Positions 22,401 through 37,400 of a stretch of DNA of 64,000 bases are shown one piece after another. The position numbers and the translations under genes are program-made. Within the stretch, counting starts at the first letter, position 1. Each line of letters opens with the position of its first letter. Under the pieces are notes generated by a model. It did no database searches. It worked only from the letters and a program-made list of their open reading frames with translations, and was not told the origin of the DNA. The stretch comes from Isurus oxyrinchus. Its lineage: Eukaryota. The stretch lies in contig JANJGN010000071.1 of the NCBI GenBank assembly GCA_026770705.1, forward strand, positions 558,001 to 622,000, in the 5' to 3' direction.

Positions 22401-25400
22401 CCTCTGACAGTGCAGCACTCCCTCAGTACTGACCCTCTGACAGTGCAGCACTCCCTCAGTACTGACCCTCTGACAGTGCAGCACTCCCTCAGTACTGACC
22501 CTCTGACAGTGCAGCACTCCCTCAGTACTGACCCTCCGACAGTGCAGCACTCCCTCAATACTGACCCTCTGACAGTGCGGCACTCCCTCAGTACTGACCC
22601 TCTGACAGTGCAGCACTCCCTCACTACTGACCCTCCGACAGTGCAGCACTCCCTCAGTAATGACCCTCTGACAGCGCAGCACTCCCTCAGTACTGACCCT
22701 CTGACAGTGCAGCACACCCTCAGTACTGACCCTCTGACAGTGCAGTACTCCCTCAGTACTGACCCTCTGACAGTGCAGCACTCCCTCAGTACTGACCCGC
22801 TGCCAGTGCAGCACTCCCTCAGTACTGACCCTCTGACAGTGCAGCACTCCCTCAGTACTGACCCTCTGACAGTGCAGCACTCCCTCAGTACTGACCCTCT
22901 GACAGTGCAGCACTCCCTCAGTACTGACCCTCTGACAGTGCAGCACTCCCTCAGTATTGACACTCTGACAGTGCAGCATTGCTTCAGTACTGACCCTCTG
23001 ACAGTGCAGCACTCACTCAGTACTGGCCCTCCCACAGTGCAGCACTCCCTCAGTACTGACCCTCTTACAGTGCAGCACCTCTTCAGTACTGACACTCTGA
23101 CCCTCTGACAGTGCAGCACCTCTTCAGTACTGACCCTCTGACAGTGCAGCACTCCCTCAGTACTGACCCTCTGACAGTGCAGCACTCCCTCAGTACTGAC
23201 CCTCTGACAGTGCAGCACTCCCTCAGTACTGACCCTCTGACAGTGCAGCACTTCCTCAGTACTGACCCTCTGAAAGTGCAGCACTCCCACAGTACTGACC
23301 CTCTCACAGTGCAGCACTCCCTCAGTACTGACCCTCCGACAATGCAGCACTCCCTCAATACTGACCCTCTGACAGTGCGGCACTCCCTCAGTACTGACCC
23401 TCTGACAGTGTAGCACGCCCTCACTACTGACCCTCCGACAGTGCAGTACTCCCTCAGTACTGACCCTCTGACAGTGCAGCACTCCCTCAGTACTGACCCT
23501 CTGACAGTGCAGCACTCCCTCAGTACTGACCCTCTGACAGTGCAGCACTCCCTCAGTACTGACCCTCTGACAGTGCAGCAGTCCCTCAGTACTGACCCTC
23601 TGACAGTGCAGCACCTCTTCAGTACTGACCCTCTGACACTGCAGCACCCCCTCAGTACTGACCCTCTGACAGTGCAGCACCTCTTCAGTACTGACCCTCT
23701 GACAGTGCAGCACTCCCTCAGTACTGACCCTCTGACAGTGCAGCACTCCCTCAGTACTGACCCTCTGACAGTGCAGCACTCCCTCAGTACTGACCCTCTG
23801 ACAGTGCAGCACTCCCTCAGTACTGACCATCTGACAGTGCAGCACTCCCTCAGTACTGACCCTCTGCCAGTGCAGCACTCCCTCAGTACTGACCCTCTGA
23901 CAGTGCAGCACTCCCTCAGTACTGTCCCTCCGACAGTGCAGCACTCCCTCAGTACTGACCCTCTGACAGTGCAGCACTCCCTCAGTACTGACCCTCTGCC
24001 AGTGCAGCACTACCTCAGTACTGACCCTCTGCCAGTGCAGCAATCCCTCAGTACTGACCCTCTGACAGTGCAGCACTCCCTCAGTACTGACCCTCTGACA
24101 GTGCAGCACTCACTCAGTACTGGACCTCCCACAGTGCAGCACTCCCTCAGTACTGACCCTCTTACAGTGCAGCACCTCTTCAGTACTGAGCCTCTGACAG
24201 TGCAGCATTGCTTCAGTACTGACCCTCTTACAGTGCAGCACCTCTTCAGTACTGACCTACTGACAGTGCAGCACTCCCTCAATACTGACCCTCTGACAGT
24301 GCAGCATTGCTTCAGTACTGACCCTCTGAAAGTTCAGCACTCCCTCAGTACAGACCCTCTGACAGTGCAGCACGCCCTCAGTACTGACCCTCTGACAGTG
24401 CAGCACTCCCTCAGTACTGACCCTCTGACAGTGCAGCACTCCCTCAGTACTGACCCTCTGACAGTGCAGCACTCCCTCAGTACTGACCCTCTGACAGTGC
24501 AGCACGCCCTCAGTACTGACCCTCTGACAGTGCAGCACTCCCTCACTACTGACCCTCTGACAGTGCAGGACTCCCTCAGTACTGACCCTCTGACAGTGCA
24601 GCACTCCCTCAGTACTGACCCTCTGACAGTGCAACACCTCTTCAGTACTGACCCTCTGACAGTGCAGCACTCCCTCAGTACTGACCCTCTGACAGTGCAG
24701 CACTCCCTCAGTACTGACCCTCTGACAGTGCAGCACTCCCTCAGTACTGACCCTCTGACAGTGCAGCACTCCCTCAGTACTGACCCTCTGACAGTGCAGC
24801 ACTCCCTCAGTACTGACCCTCTGACAGTGCAGCACTCCCTCATTACTGACCCTCTGACAGTGCAGCACCTCTTCAGTACTGACCCTCTGACAGTGCAGCA
24901 CCCCCTCAGTACTGACCCTCTGACAGTGCAGCACCTCTTCAGTACTGACCCTCTGACAGTGCAGCAGTCCCTCAGTACTGACCCTCTGACAGTGCAGCAC
25001 TCCCTCAGTACTGACCCTCTGACAGTGCAGCACTCCCTCAGTCCTGACCCTCTGACAGTGCAGCACTCCCTCAGTACTGACCCTCTGACAGTGCAGCACC
25101 TCTTCAGTACTGACCCTCTGACAGTGCAGCACCCCCTCAGTACTGACCCTCTGACAGTGCAGCACCTCTTCAGTACTGACCCTCTGACAGTGCAGCACTC
25201 CCTCAATACTGACCCTCTGACAGGGCAGCACTCCCTCAGTACTGACCCTCTGACAGTGCAGCACTCCCTCAGTACTGACCCTCTGACAGTGCAGCACTCC
25301 CTCAGTACTGACCCTCTGACAGTGCAGCACTCCCTCAGCACTGACCCTCTGCCAGTGCAGCACTCCCTCAGTACTGACCCTCTGACAGTGCAGCACTCCC

Positions 25401-28400
25401 TCAGTACTGTCCCTCCGACAGTGCAGCACTCCCTCAGTACTGACCCTCTGACAATGCAGCACTCCCTCAGTACTGACCCTCTGCCAGTGCAGCACTACCT
25501 CAGTACTGACCCTCTGACAGTGCAGCACTCCCTCAGTACTGGCCCTCCCACAGTGCAGCACTCCCTCAGTACTGACCCTCTTACAGTGCAGCACCTCTTC
25601 AGTACTGACCCTCTGACAGTGCAGCATTGCTTCAGTACTGACCCTCTTACAGTGCAGCACCTCTTCAGTACTGACCCTCTGACAGTGCAGCACTCCCTCA
25701 ATACTGACCCTCTGACAGTGCAGCATTGCTTCAGTACTGACCCTCTGAAAGTTCAGCACTCCCTCAGTACAGACCCTCTGACAGTGCAGCACGCCCTCAG
25801 TACTGACCCTCTGACAGTGCAGCACTCCCTCAGTACTGACCCTCTGACAGTGCAGCACTCCCTCAGTACTGACCCTCTGACAGTGCAGCACTCCCTCAGT
25901 ACTGACCCTCTGACAGTGCAGCACGCCCTCAGTACTGACCCTCTGACAGTGCAGCACTCCCTCACTACTGACCCTCTGACAGTGCAGCACTCCCTCACTA
26001 CTGACCCTCTGACAGTGCAGCACTCCCTCAGTACTGACCCTCTGACAGTGCAGCACCTCTTCAGTACTGACCCTCTGACAGTGCAGCACTCCCTCAGTAC
26101 TGACCCTCTGACAGTGCAGCATTGCTTCAGTACTGACCCTCTGACAGTGCAGCACTCCCTCAATACTGACCCTCTGACAGTGCAGCATTGCTTCAGTACT
26201 GACCCTCTGAAAGTTCAGCACTCCCTCAGTACAGACCCTCTGACAGTGCAGCACTCCCTCAGTACTGACCCTCTGACAGTGCAGCACTCCCTCAGTACTG
26301 ACCCTCTGACAGTGCAGCACTCCCTCAGTACTGACCCTCTGACAGTGCAGCACTCCCTCATTACTGACCCTCTGACAGTGCAGCACCTCTTCAGTACTGA
26401 CCCTCTGACAGTGCAGCACCCCCTCAGTACTGACCCTCTGACAGTGCAGCACCTCTTCAGTACTGACCCTCTGACAGTGCAGCACTCCCTCAGTACTGAC
26501 CCTCTGACAGTGCAGCACTCCCTCAGTACTGACCCTCTGACAGTGCAGCACTCCCTCAGTACTGACCCTCTGACAGTGCAGCAGTCCCTCAGTACTGACC
26601 CTCTGACAGTGCAGCACCTCTTCAGTACTGACCCTCTGACACTGCAGCACCCCCTCAGTACTGACCCTCTGACAGTGCAGCACCTCTTCAGTACTGACCC
26701 TCTGACAGTGCAGCACTCCCTCAGTACTGACCCTCTGACAGTGCAGCACTCCCTCAGTACTGACCCTCTGACAGTGCAGCACTCCCTCAGTACTGACCCT
26801 CTGACAGTGCAGCACTCCCTCAGTACTGACCATCTGACAGTGCAGCACTCCCTCAGTACTGACCCTCTGCCAGTGCAGCACTCCCTCAGTACTGACCCTC
26901 TGACAGTGCAGCACTCCCTCAGTACTGTCCCTCCGACAGTGCAGCACTCCCTCAGTACTGACCCTCTGACAGTGCAGCACTCCCTCAGTACTGACCCTCT
27001 GCCAGTGCAGCACTACCTCAGTACTGACCCTCTGACAGTGCAGCAATCCCTCAGTACTGACCCTCTGACAGTGCAGCACTCCCTCAGTACTGACCCTCTG
27101 ACAGTGCAGCACTCACTCAGTACTGGACCTCCCACAGTGCAGCACTCCCTCAGTACTGACCCTCTTACAGTGCAGCACCTCTTCAGTACTGAGCCTCTGA
27201 CAGTGCAGCATTGCTTCAGTACTGACCCTCTTACAGTGCAGCACCTCTTCAGTACTGACCTACTGACAGTGCAGAACTCCCTCAATACTGACCCTCTGAC
27301 AGTGCAGCATTGCTTCAGTACTGACCCTCTGAAAGTTCAGCACTCCCTCAGTACAGACCCTCTGACAGTGCAGCACGCCCTCAGTACTGACCCTCTGACA
27401 GTGCAGCACTCCCTCAGTACTGACCCTCTGACAGTGCAGCACTCCCTCACTACTGACCCTCTGACAGTGCAGGACTCCCTCAGTACTGACCCTCTGACAG
27501 TGCAGCACTCCCTCAGTACTGACCCTCTGACAGTGCAGCACCTCTTCAGTACTGACCCTCTGACAGTGCAGCACTCCCTCAGTACTGACCCTCTGACAGT
27601 GCAGCACTCCCTCAGTACTGACCCTCTGACAGTGCAGCACTCCCTCAGTACTGACCCTCTGACAGTGCAGCACTCCCTCAGTACTGACCCTCTGACAGTG
27701 CAGCACTCCCTCAGTACTGACCCTCTGACAGTGCAGCACTCCCTCATTACTGACCCTCTGACAGTGCAGCACCTCTTCAGTACTGACCCTCTGACAGTGC
27801 AGCACCCCCTCAGTACTGACCCTCTGACAGTGCAGCACCTCTTCAGTACTGACCCTCTGACAGTGCAGCACTCCCTCAGTACTGACCCTCTGACAGTGCA
27901 GCACTCCCTCAGTACTGACCCTCTGACAGTGCAGCACTCCCTCAGTCCTGACCCTCTGACAGTGCAGCACTCCCTCAGTACTGACCCTCTGACAGTGCAG
28001 CACCTCTTCAGTACTGACCCTCTGACAGTGCAGCACCCCCTCAGTACTGACCCTCTGACAGTGCAGCACCTCTTCAGTACTGACCCTCTGACAGTGCAGC
28101 ACTCCCTCAATACTGACCCTCTGACAGGGCAGCACTCCCTCAGTACTGACCCTCTGACAGTGCAGCACTCCCTCAGTACTGACCCTCTGACAGTGCAGCA
28201 CTCCCTCAGTATTGACCCTCTGACAGTGCAGCACTCCCTCAGTACTGACCCTCTGCCAGTGCAGCACTCCCTCAGTACTGACCCTCTGACAGTGCAGCAC
28301 TCCCTCAGTACTGTCCCTCCGACAGTGCAGCACTCCCTCAGTACTGACCCTCTGACAATGCAGCACTCCCTCAGTACTGACCCTCTGCCAGTGCAGCACT

Positions 28401-31400
28401 ACCTCAGTACTGACCCTCTGACAGTGCAGCACTCCCTCAGTACTGGCCCTCCCACAGTGCAGCACTCCCTCAGTACTGACCCTCTTACAGTGCAGCACCT
28501 CTTCAGTACTGACCCTCTGACAGTGCAGCATTGCTTCAGTACTGACCCTCTTACAGTGCAGCACCTCTTCAGTACTGACCCTCTGACAGTGCAGCACTCC
28601 CTCAATACTGACCCTCTGACAGTGCAGCATTGCTTCAGTACTGACCCTCTGAAAGTTCAGCACTCCCTCAGTACAGACCCTCTGACAGTGCAGCACGCCC
28701 TCAGTACTGACCCTCTGACAGTGCAGCACTCCCTCAGTACTGACCCTCTGACAGTGCAGCACTCCCTCAGTACTGACCCTCTGACAGTGCAGCACTCCCT
28801 CAGTACTGACCCTCTGACAGTGCAGCACGCCCTCAGTACTGACCCTCTGACAGTGCAGCACTCCCTCACTACTGACCCTCTGACAGTGCAGCACTCCCTC
28901 ACTACTGACCCTCTGACAGTGCAGCACTCCCTCAGTACTGACCCTCTGACAGTGCAGCACCTCTTCAGTACTGACCCTCTGACAGTGCAGCACTCCCTCA
29001 GTAGTGACCCTCTGACAGTGCAGCATTGCTTCAGTACTGACCCTCTGACAGTGCAGCACTCCCTCAATACTGACCCTCTGACAGTGCAGCATTGCTTCAG
29101 TACTGACCCTCTGAAAGTTCAGCACTCCCTCAGTACAGACCCTCTGACAGTGCAGCACGCCCTCAGTACTGACCCTCTGACAGTGCAGCACTCCCTCAGT
29201 ACTGACCCTCTGACAGTGCAGCACTCCCTCAGTACTGACCCTCTGACAGTGCAGCACTCCCTCAGTACTGACCCTCTGACAGTGCAGCACGCCCTCAGTA
29301 CTGACCCTCTGACAGTGCAGCACTCCCTCACTACTGACCCTCTGACAGTGCAGCACTCCCTCAGTACTGACCCTCTGACAGTGCAGCACTCCCTCAGTAC
29401 TGACCCTCTGACAGTGCAGCACCTCTTCAGTACTGACCCTCTGACAGTGCAGCACTCCCTCAGTACTGACCCTCTGACAGTGCAGCACTCCCTCAGTACT
29501 GACCCTCTGACAGTGCAGCACTCCCTCAGTACTGACCCTCTGACAGTGCAGCACTCCCTCAGTACTGACCCTCTGACAGTGCAGCACTCCCTCAGTACTG
29601 ACCCTCTGACAGTGCAGCACTCCCTCAGTACTGACCCTCTGACAGTGCAGCACTCCCTCAGTACTGACCCTCTGCCAGTGCAGCACTCCCTCAGTACTGA
29701 CCCTCTGACAGTGCAGCACTCCCTCAGTACTGTCCCTCCGACAGTGCAGCACTCCCTCAGTACTGACCCTCTGACAGTGCAGCACTCCCTCAGTACTGAC
29801 CCTCTGCCAGTGCAGCACTACCTCAGTACTGACCCTCTGACAGTGCAGCACTCCATCAGTACTGACCCTCTGACAGTGCAGCACTCCCTCAGTACTGACC
29901 CTCTGACAGTGCAGCACTCACTCAGTACTGGCCCTCCCACAGTGCAGCACTCCCTCAGTACTGACCCTCTTACAGTGCAGCACCTCTTCAGTACTGACCC
30001 TCTGACAGTGCAGCATTGCTTCAGTACTGACACTCTTACAGTGCAGCACCTCTTCAGTACTGACCCTCTGACAGTGCAGCACTCCCTCAATACTGACCCT
30101 CTGACAGTGCAGCATTGCTTCAGTACTGACCCTCTGAAAGTTCAGCACTCCCTCAGGACAGACCCTCTGACAGTGCAGCACGCCCTCAGTACTGACCCTC
30201 TGACAGTGCAGCACTCCCTCAGTACTGACCCTCTGACAGTGCAGCACTCCCTCAGTACTGACCCTCTGACAGTGCAGCACTCCCTCAGTACTGACCCTCT
30301 GACAGTGCAGCATGCCCTCAGTACTGACCCTCTGACAGTGCAGCACTCCCTCACTACTGACCCTCTGACAGTGCAGCACTCCCTCAGTACTGACCCTCTG
30401 ACAGTGCAGCAGTCCCTCAGTACTGACCCTCTGACAGTGCAGCACCTCTTCAGTACTGACCCTCTGACAGTGCAGCACTCCCTCAGTACTGACCCTCTGA
30501 CAGTGCAGCATTGCTTCAGTACTGACCCTCTTACAGTGCAGCACCTCTTCAGTACTGACCCTCTGACAGTGCAGCACTCCCTCAATACTGACCCTCTGAC
30601 AGTGCAGCATTGCTTCAGTACTGACCCTCTGAAAGTTCAGCACTCCCTCAGTACAGACCCTCTGACAGTGCAGCACGCCCTCAGTACTGACCCTCTGACA
30701 GTGCAGCACTCCCTCAGTACTGACCCTCTGACAGTGCAGCACTCCCTCAGTACTGACCCTCTGACAGTGCAGCACTCCCTCAGTACTGACCCTCTGACAG
30801 TGCAGCACGCCCTCAGTACTGACCCTCTGACAGTGCAGTACTCCCTCACTACTGACCCTCTGACAGTGCAGCACTCCCTCAGTACTGACCCTCTGACAGT
30901 TCAGCACTCCCTCAGTACTGACCCTCTGACAGTGCAGCACCTCTTCAGTACTGACCCTCTGACAGTGCAGCACTCCCTCAGTACTGACCCTCTGACAGTG
31001 CAGCACTCCCTCAGTACTGACCCTCTGACAGTGCAGCACTCCCTCAGTACTGACCCTCTGACAGTGCAGCACTCCCTCAGTACTGACCCTCTGACAGTGC
31101 AGCACTCCCTCAGTACTGACCCTCTGACAGTGCAGCACTCCCTCAGTACTGACCCTCTGACAGTGCAGCACTCCCTCAGTACTGACCCTCTGACAGTGCA
31201 GCACTCCCTCAGTACCGACCCTCTGACAGTGCAGCACTCCCTCAGTACTGACCCTCTCACAGTGCAGCACTCCCTCAGTACTGACCCTCTGACAGTGCAG
31301 CACTCCCTCAGTACTGACCCTATGACAGTGCAGCACTCCCTCAGTACTGACCCTCTGACAGTGCAGCACTCCCTCAGTACTGACCCTCTGACAGTGCAGC

Positions 31401-34400
31401 ACTCCCTCAGTACTGACCCTCCGACAGTGCAGCACGCCCTCAGTACTGACCCTCTGACAGTGCAGCACTCCCTCAGTACTGACCCTCTGACAGTGCAGCA
31501 CTCCCTCAGTACTGACCCTCTGACAGTGCAGCACTCCCTCAGTACTGACCCTCTGACAGTGCAGCACGCCCTCAGTACTGACCCTCTGACAGTGCAGCAC
31601 TCCCTCACTACTGACCCTCTGACAGTGCAGCACTCCCTCAGTACTGACCCTCTGACAGTGCAGCACTCCCTCAGTACTGACCCTCTGACAGTGCAGCACT
31701 CCCTCAGTACTGACCCTCTGACAGTGCAGCACCTCTTCAGTACTGACCCTCTGACAGTGCAGCACTCCCTCAGTACTGACCCTCTGACAGTGCAGCACTC
31801 CCTCAGTACTGACCCTCTGACAGTGCAGCACTCCCTCAGTACTGACCCTCTGACAGTGCAGCACTCCCTCAGTACTGACCCTCTGACAGTGCAGCACTCC
31901 CTCAGTACTGACCCTCTGACAGTGCAGCACTCCCTCAGTACTGACCCTCTGACAGTGCAGCACTCCCTCAGTACTGACCCTCTGACAGTGCAGCACTCCC
32001 TCAGTACCGACCCTCTGACAGTGCAGCACTCCCTCAGTACTGACCCTCTCACAGTGCAGCACTCCCTCAGTACTGACCCTCCGACAGTGCAGCACTCCCT
32101 CTATACTGACCCTCTGGCAGTGCGGCACTCCCTCAGTACTGACCCTCTGACAGTGCAGCACTCCCTCACTACTGACCCTCCGACAGTGCAGCACTCCCTC
32201 AGTAATGACCCTCTGACAGTGCAGCACTCCCTCAGTACTGACCCTCTGACAGTGCAGCACACCCTCAGTACTGACCCTCTGACAGTGCAGCACTCCCTCA
32301 GTACTGACCCTCTGACAGTGCAGCACTCCCTCAGTACTGACCCTCTGACAGTGCAGCAATTCTTCAGTACTGACCCTCTGACAGTGCAGCACCCCCTCAG
32401 TACTGACCCTCTGACAGTGCAGCACCTCTTCAGTACTGACCCTCTGACAGTGCAGCACTCCCTCAGTACTGATCCTCTGACAGTGCAGCACTCCCTCAGT
32501 ACTGACCCTCTGACAGTGCAGCACTCCCTCAGTACTGACCCTCTGACAAGTGCAGCACTCCCTCAGTACTGACCCTCTGACAAGTGCAGCACTCCCTCAG
32601 TACTGACACTCTGCCAGTGCATCACTCCCTCAGTACTGACCCTCTGACAGTGCAGCACTCCCTCAGTACTGACCCTCCGACAGTGCAGCACTCCCTCAGT
32701 ACTGACCCTCTGACAGTGCAGCACTCCCTCAGTACTGACCCTCTGACAGTGCAGCACTCCCTCAGTACTGACCCTCTGACAGTGCAGCACTCCCTCAGTA
32801 CTGACCCTCTGACAGTGCAGCACTCCCTCAGTACTGACCCTCTGACAGTGCAGCACTCCCTCAGTACTGACTCTCTGACAGTGCAGCACTCCCTCAGTAT
32901 TGACACTCTGACAGTGCAGCATTGCTTCAGTTCTGACCCTCTGACAGTGCAGCACTCCCTCAGTACTGACCCTCCCACAGTGCAGCACTCCCTCAGTACT
33001 GACCCTCTTACAGTGCAGCACCTCTTCAGTACTGACCCTCTGACAGTGCAGCACTCCCTCAATACTGTCCCTCTGACAGTGCAGCACTCCCTCAGTACTG
33101 ACCCTCTGACAGTGCAGCACTCCCTCAGTACTGACCCTCTGACAGTGCAGCACTCCCTCAGTACTGACCCTCTGACAGTGCAGCACTCCCTCAGTACTGA
33201 CCCTCTGACAGTGCAGCACTCCCTCAGTACTGACCCTCTGACAGTGCAGCACTCCCTCAGTACTGACCCTCTGACAGTGCAGCACGCCCTCAGTACTGAC
33301 CCTCTGACAGTGCAGCACTCCCTCACTACTGACCCTCTGACAGTGCAGCACTCCCTCACTACTGACCCTCTGACAGTGCAGCACTCCCTCAGTACTGACC
33401 CTCTGACAGTGCAGCACTCCCTCAGTACTGACCCTCTGACAGTGCAGCACCTCTTCAGTACTGACCCTCTGACAGTGCAGCACTCCCTCAGTACTGACCC
33501 TCTGACAGTGCAGCACTCCCTCAGTACTGACCCTATGACAGTGCAGCACTCCCTCAGTACTGACCCTCTGACAGTGCAGCACTCCCTCAGTACTGACCCT
33601 CTGACAGTGCAGCACTCCCTCAGTATTGACCCTCCGACAGTGCAGCACGCCCTCAGTACTGACCCTCTGACAGTGCAGCACTCCCTCAGTACTGACCCTC
33701 TGACAGTGCAGCACTCCCTCAGTACTGACCCTCTGACAGTGCAGCACTCCCTCAGTACTGACCCTCTGACAGTGCAGCACGCCCTCAGTACTGACCCTCT
33801 GACAGTGCAGCACTCCCTCACTACTGACCCTCTGACAGTGCAGCACTCCCTCAGTACTGAGCCTCTGACAGTGCAGCACTCCCTCAGTACTGACCCTCTG
33901 ACAGTGCAGCACTCCCTCAGTACTGACCCTCTGACAGTGCAGCACCTCTTCAGTACTGACCCTCTGACAGTGCAGCACTCCCTCAGTACTGACCCTCTGA
34001 CAGTGCAGCACTCCCTCAGTACTGACCCTCTGACAGTGCAGCACTCCCTCAGTACTGACCCTCTGACAGTGCAGCACTCCCTCAGTACTGACCCTCTGAC
34101 AGTGCAGCACTCCCTCAGTACTGACCCTCTGACAGTGCAGCACTCCCTCAGTACTGACCCTCTGACAGTGCAGCACTCCCTCAGTACTGACCCTCTGACA
34201 GTGCAGCACTCCCTCAGTACCGACCCTCTGACAGTGCAGCACTCCCTCAGTACTGACCCTCTCACAGTGCAGCACTCCCTCAGTACTGACCCTCCGACAG
34301 TGCAGCACTCCCTCTATACTGACCCTCTGGCAGTGCGGCACTCCCTCAGTACTGACCCTCTGACAGTGCAGCACTCCCTCACTACTGACCCTCCGACAGT

Positions 34401-37400
34401 GCAGCACTCCCTCAGTAATGACCCTCTGACAGTGCAGCACTCCCTCAGTACTGACCCTCTGACAGTGCAGCACACCCTCAGTACTGACCCTCTGACAGTG
34501 CAGCACTCCCTCAGTACTGACCCTCTGACAGTGCAGCACTCCCTCAGTACTGACCCTCTGACAGTGCAGCAATTCTTCAGTACTGACCCTCTGACAGTGC
34601 AGCACCCCCTCAGTACTGACCCTCTGACAGTGCAGCACCTCTTCAGTACTGACCCTCTGACAGTGCAGCACTCCCTCAGTACTGATCCTCTGACAGTGCA
34701 GCACTCCCTCAGTACTGACCCTCTGACAGTGCAGCACTCCCTCAGTACTGACCCTCTGACAAGTGCAGCACTCCCTCAGTACTGACCCTCTGACAAGTGC
34801 AGCACTCCCTCAGTACTGACACTCTGCCAGTGCATCACTCCCTCAGTACTGACCCTCTGACAGTGCAGCACTCCCTCAGTACTGACCCTCCGACAGTGCA
34901 GCACTCCCTCAGTACTGACCCTCTGACAGTGCAGCACTCCCTCAGTACTGACCCTCTGACAGTGCAGCACTCCCTCAGTACTGACCCTCTGACAGTGCAG
35001 CACTCCCTCAGTACTGACCCTCTGACATTGCAGCACTCCCTCAGTACTGACCCTCTGACAGTGCAGCACTCCCTCAGTACTGACTCTCTGACAGTGCAGC
35101 ACTCCCTCAGTATTGACACTCTGACAGTGCAGCATTGCTTCAGTTCTGACCCTCTGACAGTGCAGCACTCCCTCAGTACTGACCCTCCCACAGTGCAGCA
35201 CTCCCTCAGTACTGACCCTCTTACAGTGCAGCACCTCTTCATACTGACCCTCTGACAGTGCAGCACTCCCTGAATACTGTCCCTCTGACAGTGCAGCACT
35301 CCCTCAGTACTGACCCTCTGACAGTGCAGCACTCCCTCAGTACTGACCCTCTGACAGTGCAGCACTCCCTCAGTACTGACCCTCTGACAGTGCAGCACTC
35401 CCTCAGTACTGACCCTCTGACAGTGCAGCACTCCCTCAGTACTGACCCTCTGACAGTGCAGCACTCCCTCAGTACTGACCCTCTGACAGTGCAGCACGCC
35501 CTCAGTACTGACCCTCTGACAGTGCAGCACTCCCTCACTACTGACCCTCTGACAGTGCAGCACTCCCTCACTACTGACCCTCTGACAGTGCAGCACTCCC
35601 TCAGTACTGACCCTCTGACAGTGCAGCACTCCCTCAGTACTGACCCTCTGACAGTGCAGCACCTCTTCAGTACTGACCCTCTGACAGTGCAGCACTCCCT
35701 CAGTACTGACCCTCTGACAGTGCAGCACTCCCTCAGTACTGACCCTCTGACAGTGCAGCACTCCCTCAGTACTGACCCTCTGACAGTGCAGCACTCCCTC
35801 AGTACTGACCCTCTGACAGTGCAGCACTCCCTCAGTACTGACCCTCTGACAGTGCAGCACGCCCTCAGTACTGACCCTCTGACAGTGCAGCACTCCCTCA
35901 CTACTGACCCTCTGACAGTGCAGCACTCCCTCAGTACTGACCCTCTGACAGTGCAGCACTCCCTCAGTACTGACCCTCTGACAGTGCAGCACTCCCTCAG
36001 TACTGACCCTCTGACAGTGCAGCACCTCTTCAGTACTGACCCTCTGACAGTGCAGCACTCCCTCAGTACTGACCCTCTGACAGTGCAGCACTCCCTCAGT
36101 ACTGACCCTCTGACAGTGCAGCATTCCCTCAGTACTGACCCTCTGACAGTGCAGCACTCCCTCAGTACTGACCCTCTGACAGTGCAGCACTTCCTCAGTA
36201 CTGACCCTCTGACAGTGCAGCACTCCCTCAGTACTGACCCTCTGACAGTGCAGCACCTCTTCAGTACTGACCCTCTGACAGTGCAGCACTCCCTCAGTAC
36301 TGACCCTCTGACAGTGCAGCACTCCCTCAGTACTGACCCTCTGACAGTGCAGCACTCCCTCAGTACTGACCCTCTGACAGTGCAGCACTCCCTCAGTACT
36401 GACCCTCTGACAGTGCAGCACGCCCTCAGTACTGACCCTCTGACAAGTGCAGCACTCCCTCACTACTGACCCTCTGACAGTGCAGCACTCCCTCAGTACT
36501 GACCCTCTGACAGTGCAGCACTCCCTCAGTACTGACCCTCTGACAGTGCAGCACTCCCTCAGTACTGACCCTCTGACAGTGCAGCACCTCTTCAGTACTG
36601 ACCCTCTGACAGTGCAGCACTCCCTCAGTACTGACCCTCTGACAGTGCAGCACTCCCTCAGTACTGACCCTCTGACAGTGCAGCACTCCCTCAGTACTGA
36701 CCCTCTGACAGTGCAGCACTCCCTCAGTACTGACCCTCTGACAGTGCAGCACTTCCTCAGTACTGACCCTCTGACAGTGCAGCACTCCCTCAGTACTGAC
36801 CCTCTGACAGTGCAGCACCTCTTCAGTACTGACCCTCTGACAGTGCAGCACTCCCTCAGTACTGACCCTCTGACAGTGCAGCACTCCCTCAGTACTGACC
36901 CTCTGACAGTGCAGCACTCCCTCAGTACTGACCCTCTGACAGTGCAGCACTCCCTCAGTACTGACCCTCTGACAGTGCAGCACTCCCTCAGTACTGACCC
37001 TCTGACAGTGCCGCACTCCCTCAGTACTGACCCTCTGTCAGTGCAGCACTCCCTCAGTACTGACCCTTTTTCAGTGCAGCACTCCCTCAGTACTGACCCT
37101 CTGAGAGTGCAGCACTCCCTCAGTACTGACCCTCTGACAGTGCAGCACTCCCTCAGTACTGACCCTCTGACAGTGCAGCACTCCCTCAGTACTGACCCTC
37201 TGACAGTGCAGCACTCCCTCAGTACTGACCCTCTGACAGTGCAGCACTCCCTCAGTACTGACCCTCTGACAGTGCAGCACTCCCTCAGTACTGACCCTCT
37301 GACAGTGCAGCACCTCTTCAGTACTGACCCTCTGACAGTGCAGCACTCCCTCAGTACTGACCCTCTGACAGTGCAGCACTCCCTCAGTACTGACCCTCTG

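Noticed and set aside
23441-32572. 3043-aa and other giant ORFs (TVQHSLSTDPL, VLHCQRVSTEG, CCTVRGSVLRE repeats) as mucin-like or Cys-rich proteins
   Set aside because: A 33-bp unit is 11 codons and is stop-free in three frames on two strands; starts are non-ATG, frames break at 1-bp indels, and there is no signal peptide or unique domain
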